DNA of 64,000 nucleotides from an uncultured Armatimonadetes bacterium (GTDB lineage: Bacteria > Armatimonadota > UBA5829 > DTJY01). Below the pieces are notes generated by a model, which saw only the letters and a program-made list of their open reading frames with translations, was not told the DNA's origin and made no database searches. How positions within the stretch are numbered: the first letter of the stretch is position 1; every line of letters starts with the position of its first letter. Position numbers and translations under genes: made by a program. Location: assembly GCA_963717145.1 (NCBI GenBank), contig OY970325.1, forward strand, positions 1,248,001-1,312,000, in the 5' to 3' direction. Positions 30,749 through 40,079 of the stretch are shown piece by piece.

Positions 30749-31642
30749 CTACAAGGTCTCGATTCCGTGCGTCGTGAGAAGGTATTCCTTCGCGGCGGAC
30801 ATATCTTCGGCGGACGGCTCGCGGAACGGGTCCGGGTAGCGGGTGATTCCGAGGCGGGCGTACTTGGAGTCGCCGAGGGCGTGGTATGCAAGAAGCTCGA
30901 TCCCTCGGCAGTTGCGAAGTGAACGATATATCGCGGCCAGGCGGTCGAGATGTTCCTCGGTGAGGTTGACTCGGGCGATGAGGAGGCAGCGGAGGATGGT
31001 CACGCCGCCTGCTTCATCGACCCGGCGGAGGTTCTCGAGGATCGGGGCGAGTGGGACGCGGGTGTTGGCTTCGTGCCGCGCCTCGTCCGTGTCCTTGATG
31101 TCCCACAGGAACAGGTCCACAAGCGGAACGATCTCCAGGAAGCGCTCCGACGGCCCGAAGCCGCATGTCTCGATGCATGTGTGGAGCTTCTCGCCCCCCT
31201 CAAGGATCTGACGGGTGAACTCGAACTGTGCGAGCGGCTCTCCGCCCGAGAGCGTGAGTCCCCCACCCGATTCCTCGTAGAACACGCGGTCCTTCTCGAC
31301 CTCGGCGATGACTTCCCGGGGCGTCATCTCCTTCCCCGCGACTTCGAGGGCGCGGGCGAAGCATCCGTCGGCGCAGGTCATGCACGCCCGGCACATGATC
31401 CGATCGAATGCGTGACCATCCTGGGTCAACGAGTGCCCGCCCTCGGGGCAGACGGCGACGCACTTCCCGCACCCGATGCACAGCCTGGGCGTATAGAAAA
31501 GCTCAGGCTGTCGGCGCTTCGACTCAGGGTTGTGACACCACGCGCAGTCGAGCGGGCAGCCCTTGAGGAACACGACGGTCCGGATGCCCGGCCCGTCGTG
31601 AGTGCAGAATCGCTGGATATCGAAGATAGTTCCTGTTGCCAT
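30749..31642 (-). CDS. Glycyl-radical enzyme activating enzyme (radical SAM, with ferredoxin insert)
   Basis: IQRF..HDGPGIRTVVFLKGCPLDCAWCHNPE, CIGCGKCVAVCP, CRACMTCADGC and GG.TLSGGEPL. Confidence 0.95.
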   Translation of the reverse strand: MATGTIFDIQRFCTHDGPGIRTVVFLKGCPLDCAWCHNPESKRRQPELFYTPRLCIGCGKCVAVCPEGGHSLTQDGHAFDRIMCRACMTCADGCFARALEVAGKEMTPREVIAEVEKDRVFYEESGGGLTLSGGEPLAQFEFTRQILEGGEKLHTCIETCGFGPSERFLEIVPLVDLFLWDIKDTDEARHEANTRVPLAPILENLRRVDEAGGVTILRCLLIARVNLTEEHLDRLAAIYRSLRNCRGIELLAYHALGDSKYARLGITRYPDPFREPSAEDMSAAKEYLLTTHGIETL

Positions 31643-31650
31643 GACATTAT

Positions 31651-31726
31651 GTGTGGGAGTATGGGGGTATGGGAGTTTAGGCGCTCCGGACTCCCATACC
31701 CCCACACCCCCACACACCCATACTCC
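31651..31726. repeat. Inverted 8-nt tandem repeat (GTGTGGGA/GTATGGGG ... CCCATAC/CCCACAC)
   Basis: Octamer units on both arms; fills the GRE-activase intergenic gap. Confidence 0.8.
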
Positions 31727-31728
31727 GC

Positions 31729-34293
31729 CTACACCGTCTGCTGCGTGCGGCCGATCACCATGTCCTGCCAGTTCTTGTCGAGAGTGGCAAACCGGGCCGA
31801 CCATCCTGCGATGCGGACTGCAAGGTTCGGGTATTTCTCGGGATGCCGCTGGGCGTCGAGGAGGAGCGCCGTGTCGACGACATCTATGTGCAGGAAACAG
31901 CCTCTGAGTTTGACAAAGCTCTTCATCACCCCGACTAGCGCGGTGACGCCCTGCTCGCCCTTGACCGACGCCGGCAGGACCTTCAACTCGAGCGTCCCGA
32001 TGTTCGGCAGGTTCGTATAGTCCATCTTGCAGTAGGACTTGAGCATCGCCGTCGGACCCTTGCGGTCTGTCCCGGGCGATGGGGAGAAGTTCGTGGCGAG
32101 GATCTCGCCGAGGTGGTGGCCGTCGGCGGTCGCCCTGCGGTGTCCCCTCCACTCGATCTCGCGCCCGAACGTACTGATCCCCGCCGGGCGGAGGACGCCG
32201 TTCCGCTCCTTGACCACTGAGGCCATCCGCGTGTAATCGTCGAAGATGCGCTTGACCATCGCGTCGGCCTCGTCGTTGTCGTTGCCGTAGGTCTCGATGC
32301 GGTTGAGGACAAGCTGCCGGAGGTTCTCCTGCCCCTGCCAGTCGGAGCGGAGGATGTCGATGAACTCACCGAGCGAAAGGCGCTTCTCGTCATAGACGAG
32401 CTTCTTGATCGCGAGCAGGCTGTTCGCCGTGTTGGCGATCCCTCCGATGTGCGGCGCAAGCACTGTATACGCCGGCCCGCGGTCCCAGTAGCCGCGCCCT
32501 TTCTCGATGCATCCCTCGATCAGCATCGAGACGACCGGCGGCGCGGCCCCTCCGAGGCAGTATCCGTCCGCGCCCGCGTTGTGGGAATCGACCGCCGCCT
32601 GGAGTTCCTTCGCGAACCCGGCGTAGAGGCTCTCGAAGTCCTCAAAGTATTGGTTCTGCCCATCATGTTGGTTCTGGAGTTGTACTCCAGAACCGTCCAC
32701 TTGTTGCGGGTTCTGGAGTACAACTCCAGAACCAACATCGTTATTCAGGCCGAGGGCCTGCTGAAGCATCCTGAGGGAGTCCTGGGGCGAGTAGATGAAG
32801 CTCGTCTTGCCGGGAACGATCGCCTCCCAGCAGCCGTCGTTCGCGAACCGGCGCGCCTCCTCGATCGGGTAGCCGAACTTCACCAGCGCAGCGATGACGA
32901 CCTCCTCGTTGTAGACGGCCACGATCCCGCCGCCGTAACGCTGGACCTCCGCGATGCGCTTGAGCAGCTTCTCGGGAGTGCGGCGGTTGAGCCGGACTGC
33001 GATCGGGTAGTCGCTGATATGGAGTTCCTCGACGACATCGAGCGCGAGGTAGGTCACGTCGTTGGTGACCTCCTTCCCCTCGGCGTCGATCCCCGCGAGG
33101 ACTATGTTCTGGTAGTGCTGGGCATCCCCACTGCCGCGACCCTCCAACGCGCCGATCCACTCCGTGCCCTTGATCCAGAAGTGGGCGAGGTCCTCGCGGG
33201 CCTCGTCGATAACGTTGGTCGTAGTGGCCGCGCCTCCGTGCCGGCCTTCCGTGCCTCCGTGCCGGCCTCCACCGTCGCTGGCCGGCACAGAGGCGCGGCC
33301 ACTACGGGCGTTCTCCAGGTCGCGCTTGAGGTAGGGCATGAGCATCTCGTCGATGCGCCCGATGCCGGACCAGTTGCCGCAGAGGCGCTGGAAGGCATAC
33401 GCGAACCAGAGCGACTGGACCGCCTCCGCGAAGGTCGTCGGCGGGTTCTCGGGGACATTGGCCAGGTTGCGGAGAACGCGCTCGTAGCCGGCCTTCTCAT
33501 CGCCGGTGGACTTCGCGATCAGCTCACGGAGGTGGCTGATGTTGCGTGCGTGCCATCGGTTGGCGGCGTCGAGGCAGAGCTTCATCGCCTGGAGCAGATC
33601 GACGCCCTTCGCATCGAGCGCCGACCTCGCCTGTAGGGGCGTGCCTTGTGCCGCCAGATGTTGGTTCTGGAGTTGGACTCCAGAACCCTCTGCAGTGGTA
33701 GGGTTCTGGAGTCCAACTCCAGAACCAACATCGGGGACTCCAGACCCAACATCGAGGTAAGAGGAGGGGTCGGCCAGCCGCTCGTCTATCTCCTTGCGGA
33801 TACCCTTGTAGCCGACTCGGAGCACCTTGTCGAAGCCGAGCGTCGTGTGGCTGACGCTCCCCTTGCCGTAGATCGGGACCGCGTGGTGAGGACCTTCGAC
33901 AAACGTCGCCGACCCGACGATCCGCTCGCCGGGGAGGATCCGCAGGGGCGCGCGCTCGGCGATGAACTCGATCGCGCGGGCGCACTTCATCTCCTCCGAG
34001 AGGCCGGTGACGTCGATCAACTCCTCGATCTTGACGCCAGCCGGGACCATCGAGCGCCCGAACTCGCCCCTCAGTCCACGCTCGGCGAGCGAGCGGGTGA
34101 CGTCCGACAGCCGCTTCGGAGTCGGGAACGGTTTGTCGATGTTCAAAGTCTTCACCATGCTCTCCGCCTCCGATCCCGCCTCAGCCGCCTGACCCGTACT
34201 CAGGTAGAACAGCCCGCCGCCAAGCGCGACCATCCCCGTCTTGATGAACTCCCGCCGATCGATGCCCTTCTTCTTCGCCATGTGATCTCTCAT
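31729..34293 (-). CDS. Glycyl-radical enzyme (PFL-like superfamily) with predicted Tat signal peptide; start at 34293 or 34281
   Basis: C-terminal HPEKYPNLAVRIAGWSARF Gly loop, NDGCWE Cys loop, P..F.EAVQ and GRID motifs; N-terminal IDRREFIK + hydrophobic stretch + AEA. Confidence 0.92.
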   Translation of the reverse strand: MRDHMAKKKGIDRREFIKTGMVALGGGLFYLSTGQAAEAGSEAESMVKTLNIDKPFPTPKRLSDVTRSLAERGLRGEFGRSMVPAGVKIEELIDVTGLSEEMKCARAIEFIAERAPLRILPGERIVGSATFVEGPHHAVPIYGKGSVSHTTLGFDKVLRVGYKGIRKEIDERLADPSSYLDVGSGVPDVGSGVGLQNPTTAEGSGVQLQNQHLAAQGTPLQARSALDAKGVDLLQAMKLCLDAANRWHARNISHLRELIAKSTGDEKAGYERVLRNLANVPENPPTTFAEAVQSLWFAYAFQRLCGNWSGIGRIDEMLMPYLKRDLENARSGRASVPASDGGGRHGGTEGRHGGAATTTNVIDEAREDLAHFWIKGTEWIGALEGRGSGDAQHYQNIVLAGIDAEGKEVTNDVTYLALDVVEELHISDYPIAVRLNRRTPEKLLKRIAEVQRYGGGIVAVYNEEVVIAALVKFGYPIEEARRFANDGCWEAIVPGKTSFIYSPQDSLRMLQQALGLNNDVGSGVVLQNPQQVDGSGVQLQNQHDGQNQYFEDFESLYAGFAKELQAAVDSHNAGADGYCLGGAAPPVVSMLIEGCIEKGRGYWDRGPAYTVLAPHIGGIANTANSLLAIKKLVYDEKRLSLGEFIDILRSDWQGQENLRQLVLNRIETYGNDNDEADAMVKRIFDDYTRMASVVKERNGVLRPAGISTFGREIEWRGHRRATADGHHLGEILATNFSPSPGTDRKGPTAMLKSYCKMDYTNLPNIGTLELKVLPASVKGEQGVTALVGVMKSFVKLRGCFLHIDVVDTALLLDAQRHPEKYPNLAVRIAGWSARFATLDKNWQDMVIGRTQQTV

Positions 34294-34580
34294 ATCGGTC
34301 TGGCCTCCTTCAATATGCGTTGGCGGATCAGCCAATAGATGCTGTCGTCGATCACTACATCTACAGCCCGCCCCAGAAGCTCACTGAGATCGGCGAGCAA
34401 CCCTGACTGGTCAAGTAGGCTTCGGTCGGGCTCCATCGTCACCAAGAAGTCGATGTCGCTCAATGCCGTGTCATCGCCCCGAGCCGCGCTGCCGAACACG
34501 CGCACATTTCCCGCGCCGTGGCTCGCCGCCAAGCGCAGGATGTCCTCTCGTCTTTCCACGATGAGTTCAAGCGCCGTCAT
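34290..34580 (-). CDS. Minimal nucleotidyltransferase (MNT antitoxin type), orphan
   Basis: 96 aa; VRVFGS.ARG....SDIDFLV...LLGR.VDVV. Confidence 0.88.
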   Translation of the reverse strand: MTALELIVERREDILRLAASHGAGNVRVFGSAARGDDTALSDIDFLVTMEPDRSLLDQSGLLADLSELLGRAVDVVIDDSIYWLIRQRILKEARPI

Positions 34581-34713
34581 GATGCCCCCCGGGTGACCGT
34601 TACCTACATTATACACCAGAATCCGCCGAATGCCTCCCTTCACATTCGTGCCGCACACACAGCAAGAGCTCGTCCGATATGACTGCCAGGATGGCGGCGA
34701 TCAATGATAGAGG

Positions 34714-34742
34714 TTGACAAAGACGAGGAGGCGGCGTAAGCT
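34714..34742 (+). promoter_or_regulatory. Putative sigma70 promoter
   Basis: TTGACA-17 nt-TAAGCT upstream of 34809. Confidence 0.5.
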
Positions 34743-34808
34743 TGGAGCAAGCTACCGGTTATACTGCACCACGATGAAGACCAACTAGTCGTTCTGTGGA
34801 GCGCTTCA

Positions 34809-35450
34809 ATGAACCTCACTCCTGAAGACAGACAGAGAATCTATGAAGAAGAGAAAGATCGCATCGCGGCGCAGAGCGGGCAGTTGGCTCAGCCTCAGCG
34901 GGCCTCCAGTAAGTTGACATGCCTGGGGGTGGGCTGTGGTGTTGTCGCCGCAGTCCTAGCGGTGGTGTTCCTATGCGTTGCCGGCCTTGGTTACGTGATC
35001 TACAAGGCATCTGATCTCGATGATGCTTTCAACTCGGGTCTGCAGGGTACTACACCGCCAACGAAGTTCGTCAAGGTCGAATGGCGGCTTGCGCCTGAGG
35101 GGTTTGACCGAAGCACTTTCATGCGACGTCCCCAGGGTACGTTGTGGGCTCCCGTGTACGTGCGGGTCACGAACCACGGTTATGACAAGGTGCCGGTGAA
35201 CCCTGCCTACTGCGCCTTGAACATCAACGGCACATCGTACTCGTTCGGACCGGTGCCGGTGAAGCGTGACTTGCCGTTGTGTGAGTTGTCGAGCGGCGCG
35301 AGCACGGACGGTTACGTAGGGTTTGAGATTCCCGCAAATGTCCGCGCAACGACTGCCCGTTTCGAGTTCAAGCCACTGGTGCTCTTCGAGAACTACGAAG
35401 TCCAGTACGAGATGTTGGGCGACAGCTCCAGTCCGAGATCCAAGCCCTGA
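34809..35450 (+). CDS. Single-TM protein with DUF4352-like Ig-fold domain
   Basis: LTPEDRQRIYEEEK N-terminus, TM helix, V.VTN.G...VNP...L..G....G.V.FEIP pattern. Confidence 0.6.
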   Translation: MNLTPEDRQRIYEEEKDRIAAQSGQLAQPQRASSKLTCLGVGCGVVAAVLAVVFLCVAGLGYVIYKASDLDDAFNSGLQGTTPPTKFVKVEWRLAPEGFDRSTFMRRPQGTLWAPVYVRVTNHGYDKVPVNPAYCALNINGTSYSFGPVPVKRDLPLCELSSGASTDGYVGFEIPANVRATTARFEFKPLVLFENYEVQYEMLGDSSSPRSKP

Positions 35451-35471
35451 GGATAGGAGCCACTGTGCAAT

Positions 35472-36356
35472 ATGGATAACGAGGAGTTTCTGAGTAGAAA
35501 TCGCCGCTTTGTCGCCTACATGGATGTCCTTGGGTACTGTAGCATAGCCTCGGATACTATCCTTGATCAACGTAAAGCCGTGCGTTTCCACAGCCTCTTC
35601 CAAGCTCTGGGGATAGCTGTCACCCAGGCGCTAAGGGACTGTTCGGATCCAGAACCAGTAAAGGCCATCTGCTTTAGTGACTCCTTCTATTTCTCCGGCA
35701 AAGACCTCCCAGGGCTACTCAGCTTCCTCGAGCAGGTCTTCACAGGTGCGTATGCGTTTCAGGGATCGAGCTATGATAAGGACTCGGACGATTGGGTGCC
35801 ATTCGTGCGTTCTGCAGTCGTGCAAGGTTGGGCCGTGTACTTCAGGGACCCGACTCTACCAACATTACCGGAGCCCGAAGTCTTCCGGAACCCCGTGGGA
35901 CCCGCTGTCGTTGAAGTATATAACTTAGCCGAGAAGCGCATAAAGCTGCCAGGCATGAGATGCTTCATGGAACGCGGTCTGCTGAACCAGTGTTCACCGA
36001 CCTGGGTAGATACCCCGCCACACTATAAGATAACGTCCGGTGAGAGAGAACTGCGTCTCCTCGACGTGCCGATCACTCCTAACCTGAAGGAACAGAACCT
36101 TGAGCTTGTGGAACTAGCCTGGCCCTGTCGAGTGATTTCGAGCGACCCCTCGTTCTTCAGTCCGCTCGACAAGTGCAAGTCGCAGTTCTCCGTGGGAACG
36201 AACGACGAGAAGAGCCAGCGAGTCAAACACTACAATGCAACAGTCGAGCTGTTCCGGCAGTCGGTCCTCATCGGCGATGATCGCAATGCTCCAATCATGT
36301 GGGATCGCATGAGTGGCGATCTAACCCTGAACGCTAATCCAGAAAGAACGACTTGA
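35472..36356 (+). CDS. Hypothetical protein with class III nucleotide-cyclase-like motifs
   Basis: VAYMDVLGY...FSDS...VRSAVVQG...VGPAVVEVYNLAEK. Confidence 0.55.
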   Translation: MDNEEFLSRNRRFVAYMDVLGYCSIASDTILDQRKAVRFHSLFQALGIAVTQALRDCSDPEPVKAICFSDSFYFSGKDLPGLLSFLEQVFTGAYAFQGSSYDKDSDDWVPFVRSAVVQGWAVYFRDPTLPTLPEPEVFRNPVGPAVVEVYNLAEKRIKLPGMRCFMERGLLNQCSPTWVDTPPHYKITSGERELRLLDVPITPNLKEQNLELVELAWPCRVISSDPSFFSPLDKCKSQFSVGTNDEKSQRVKHYNATVELFRQSVLIGDDRNAPIMWDRMSGDLTLNANPERTT

Positions 36357-39324
36357 GGAACTCGGACTCGGGGCCGGGGTAGACCGCCTCCGCGAGGTGC
36401 TCGATGCCCTGCTGGTTGCCCCAGGAGTAGACGATGTGCGTCTTTCCATCGAACTCGCAGAAGTCCACGTCCGAGTTGTTGATGTTCACCGCCCCCGCGA
36501 TCCGATCGCGCTCAGCGGACGTGAGCTTCGGATTGGCGATCAGCTTGTCCTCGATCGAGTAATGCATGATCGGGTTCTGGGGGCTGCTCTCCCACCTCAC
36601 GAGATCCTTCGAGCGGACGATGCAGGGGTTATACGTCGGACCGGGGTACGCCTCGAGGTAGACCATGTAGTACCAGCCCTCGAGGAATCGGATCGCGGGG
36701 CATGCCGTGTAGCGCTCCTTCGAGTAGACGCACTCCTCACCCGTGAGCTTCCACTCCCGGAGGTCCTTCGACTCGGCGAACCGCATCGTGAACGCGACGC
36801 CGGTCTCCTCGGGCGGGCGGCCGATCTCGAACGCCATGACGTAGCCGTCCCGACCCTTGCAGACTGAGGTGTTGAAGATCCCCCACCCCTTCAAGTCGAG
36901 CGCGGTCTTGCTCTCCCAATGCTGAAGGTCCTTCGACCAGAAGACTTCGACTTTCTCGCCGTCCCAGATGTTCACACCAAACGCGTAGGCGGTGTCACCA
37001 TCCACGAACGCGCTGCCGAGATGGTATCCCTGCGCGAACGCGGGTGTCGGGTCGCCGGTCTTCACGTCCACGAACCGGAAGTACGACGGCTTGCCGAGGT
37101 TCGGCTAGTAATACTGATCGCGCACGTACTCGAAGCGGTACAGCCTGCCCTTGAAGACGACGGGAGTCGCCTCGACCAGGTCGCAAACGATCGTCCCGAG
37201 CTTCCTGATCTTCGGGAGGATGCCGTCCGACGCGTGTATATCGGCGTTAGACGCGCGTATATCGGCGTTAGACGCGCGTCGATCGGCGTTGGACACACGT
37301 CCATCGGCGTTGGACACACGTCCATCGGCGTTGGACACACGTCCATCGGCGTCGGACGACTTGCGGTATTCGTCGTTGTACAAACCGATCTCCTCCATTG
37401 GAATGCGCTTGAAACCTTGTTTGAACGCGGGCGAATCGTCTCTCAATCGGAAGTCCCCGCGCGCGAAGTCGACGAACCCCGGATCGAGATCCACCGTGTT
37501 GTCCCGAATGGTGAAAAGTTCGCTGCAGATGGCGTCGGTCACTCGCAGCCACTGTCCGCCGAAGGAGATGTTCCGCGCGAGGGTGTTGTACTTCGGCGCG
37601 CCGGGCTCGTCGTCGTAGAGCTTGAGCAGTTCGGGGTAGCGCTCCTTCCAGGGCGACTCGCGGTAGGGCATCGCCTCGAGCTGCTCCTTCATGTAGCCGT
37701 CCACGGTACCCTTCGCCCAGTTGAGTCCCCTCGCATCGACTGCGACGGCGGGATCGCACTCGATGAAGAGATTGTTTTCCACCGCGCAGTCTCGTCCGCC
37801 GCCGATGCAGACGCCCATCTTGGCCTTGTAGAGGACGTTGCCGTAGATGCGCATATCGCTCGCGCAGTCGTCGATGTAGATCGAGCGAACGTCTTGTGTC
37901 CCCATGTGATGGAAGTAGTTGTAGCGGATGACGTTCCCTCGCCAGGAGAAGTCGCGCCCGGTGTAGAACCCGCCGGAGTCGCTCGTCTCCATGCAGACGT
38001 GGTGCGTTTCGTTGAACTCCATGATGTGGTCGTTGCCGGTGAAGATGATGGCGGTGTGGGGCGCGTCGTGCATGAGGTTATGGGCGACCCGGTTGCCGAC
38101 GCCGCCGAGGGATACAGCGGGGCGGTAGGTCCGATTCCACCGGCTGAAGTGGTGGATGTGATTGTTGACGGCGAAGCACTTGCCGGGAATCAGCTTGGCG
38201 CGGTCGCCCGCATTGATGACGATGCCCGTCTCGCCGATGTTGTAGAGATCGCAGGACTGGACGCCCGATTCCGTGCTGCCCTGGATGCTGATCCCCGTGC
38301 AGCCGATGTTTCGGACCGCGCACCCGGCGATGAGGCAGTGCGCGCCTCCGGTGATACGGATTCCATCACCGCGCGCGTGCTCGAACGTGAGGCCTCGCAT
38401 GGTGATGTGGGAGGCGTTTTCGATGGTGACGAGCGGCGTCTCGAGGATCGAGACGGCCACGCGGGCATTCTTGATCGGCGATGGCGGCCAGAAGTAGAGG
38501 ATACCGGTCGCGCGGTCGAGATAGAACTCGCCGGGCTGATCCAGCTCCTCCAGGATGTTCTCCCAGTAGAAGCGCTTGCCCGCGGTGTAACCGTAGATCC
38601 CGTGCGGCGGTTCCGTGGCGACGACGTGGTTCGCCAGGTCGATGCTCTTAACCTTCTCGTGAGTCTCGGCCCAGTCCCAGGTCCAGTAGCCGTGCACCCA
38701 GATGTCGTCCGTCGACTTCCAGCGCGAAGGGCGGTCTCGTTCGTATGCAAACTTCCCTCCCTGAGGGCCGTCGGGGACGCCCGCGATCTTCGCCCACTCA
38801 CCATTCGGCCAGCGCGCGAGTTCCATCGGCTGATCGTTGAAGAACAGCTCGAGCGCGGCAGTGCCCCCTGCGCCGTATCCGCGACGTTTCAGGGAGCCGA
38901 AGTCAGTGATCCCGAGGGCCTTGAGGTCCGCCTGAAGAACCTTCCCTCGACTGGCTTCATCAATGCGACCCAGGATGGCGGGATCGGTAACCGGTCGGAA
39001 GCCCTTGACCTCTCTGCCGCCGCTGATGAAGACCTCCTCACCCTCGCAGGCACGGTAGGTGATCGGGCGCACCTCCCTGCCGCCGTCTCCCGCGACCAGG
39101 GCGAAGGTCTCTGTGCGGTTATAGACGCCGCCCCGCAGCCAGATCGTCGCTCCGCCCGGGCCGATCTTCAACAATCTAAGGATGTCGCGGGCACGCTCCA
39201 GCGTGGCGAACGGCTTCCCTTTCGTACCGGGATTTGTGTCGCTCCCATTGGGAGCAACATAGAATTCCGTCGCCTGCGCGGCCGCGGTAAAGAGTAGCAG
39301 TAGCAGAATAGCGAACGATCTCAT
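36334..39324 (-). CDS. Secreted right-handed beta-helix protein fused to a glycosidase-like propeller domain; interrupted by one in-frame TAG at 37105-37107
   Basis: FYVAPNGSD.NPGT..KPFATLERA, ARWPN, ELD.PGEFY and IYIDD motifs. ORF 36334..37071 is in the same frame as ORF 37105..39324. Confidence 0.75.
37229..37354. repeat. 21-nt tandem repeat x6, encoding an (S)NADGRV/NADIRA linker
   Basis: GACACACGTCCATCGGCGTTG-type units in tandem. Confidence 0.92.
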
Positions 39325-39384
39325 ATCGGCTCACCCCCTGGGGACATTACCACCAGTGTTCGACGAGTGGCCGCTGTTCACCTG

Positions 39385-40020
39385 TCAGGCATCGCTGGTC
39401 TTGCGCCTCAACCTGCACACAAGACCATCGACCCAGATGTCCATCGAAAGGTAGACGAACCAGAGGAATCCGGCAAATGTCGTGATGAAGAACCCGAGCC
39501 CCGGCCTGTCCAGCGTCTTGAGGATTGATGCCCATACGAACTCAGGCCTGGTCACGATATCCCAACTGTTCAGGCGAAGTACCAGGCCGAGGTAGACGCC
39601 GAGCGACATAAGCAGGAAGAACGGGATCGCCCAGACCCAGAGGGTCAGTTGTCTCTGCCTCATCAGCCACGCGATGGGACGAATCGCCAGCGTGAATGTC
39701 AGCGCGCCGATCCCGCTGTAGAACATGTAGAACAGGGTGTAAGTCATCAGCCGAACCGCCGCGTCTTTGCTGACGAACCACTCCGCGTACAGGTTCGAGT
39801 AGCCAATAACGTTGAGAAAGTGCCGCCACTCCGTGAGCAGGTAGCACGTATTCGGCACGAACGCGATCCACACAAGCCCTAGGACCACCATCGCGCCCCG
39901 GATCGGGATCGTGCGCCTGGCGGGATACCTGTACAGCGCATAGATGGCATATCCGGCGGCGACGGGAATCACCGCGAGGAATGTGTTCCACATGACCCAG
40001 CGAATCAGGTAAGGACTCAT
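39385..40020 (-). CDS. DUF1361-family membrane protein
   Basis: WNTFLA.IP, W..F.PN..YL.TE and GVYLG..LRLNSWD motifs. Confidence 0.85.
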   Translation of the reverse strand: MSPYLIRWVMWNTFLAVIPVAAGYAIYALYRYPARRTIPIRGAMVVLGLVWIAFVPNTCYLLTEWRHFLNVIGYSNLYAEWFVSKDAAVRLMTYTLFYMFYSGIGALTFTLAIRPIAWLMRQRQLTLWVWAIPFFLLMSLGVYLGLVLRLNSWDIVTRPEFVWASILKTLDRPGLGFFITTFAGFLWFVYLSMDIWVDGLVCRLRRKTSDA

Positions 40021-40079
40021 ATGCATACTAGGAGATACGCCCTATCTGCTGCAAAGGGTTCCCCATTCCCTCCGCAGCC

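Noticed and set aside
31729-34293. Calling the GRE pyruvate formate-lyase (pflB)
   Set aside because: It lacks the adjacent Cys-Cys pair; the loop is GCWE.
37105-37107. Pyrrolysine or alternative genetic code
   Set aside because: TAG is used as a normal stop by many genes here and no pyl genes are in the window. Kept only as a low-probability option.
37229-37354. CRISPR array
   Set aside because: Contiguous tandem units with no spacers, inside a coding region.
36919-39297. 792-aa plus-strand ORF, and similar long antisense ORFs such as 21589..22746, 22850..24016 and 40227..41300
   Set aside because: Shadow ORFs of well-supported minus-strand genes, expected with high GC3; no motifs.
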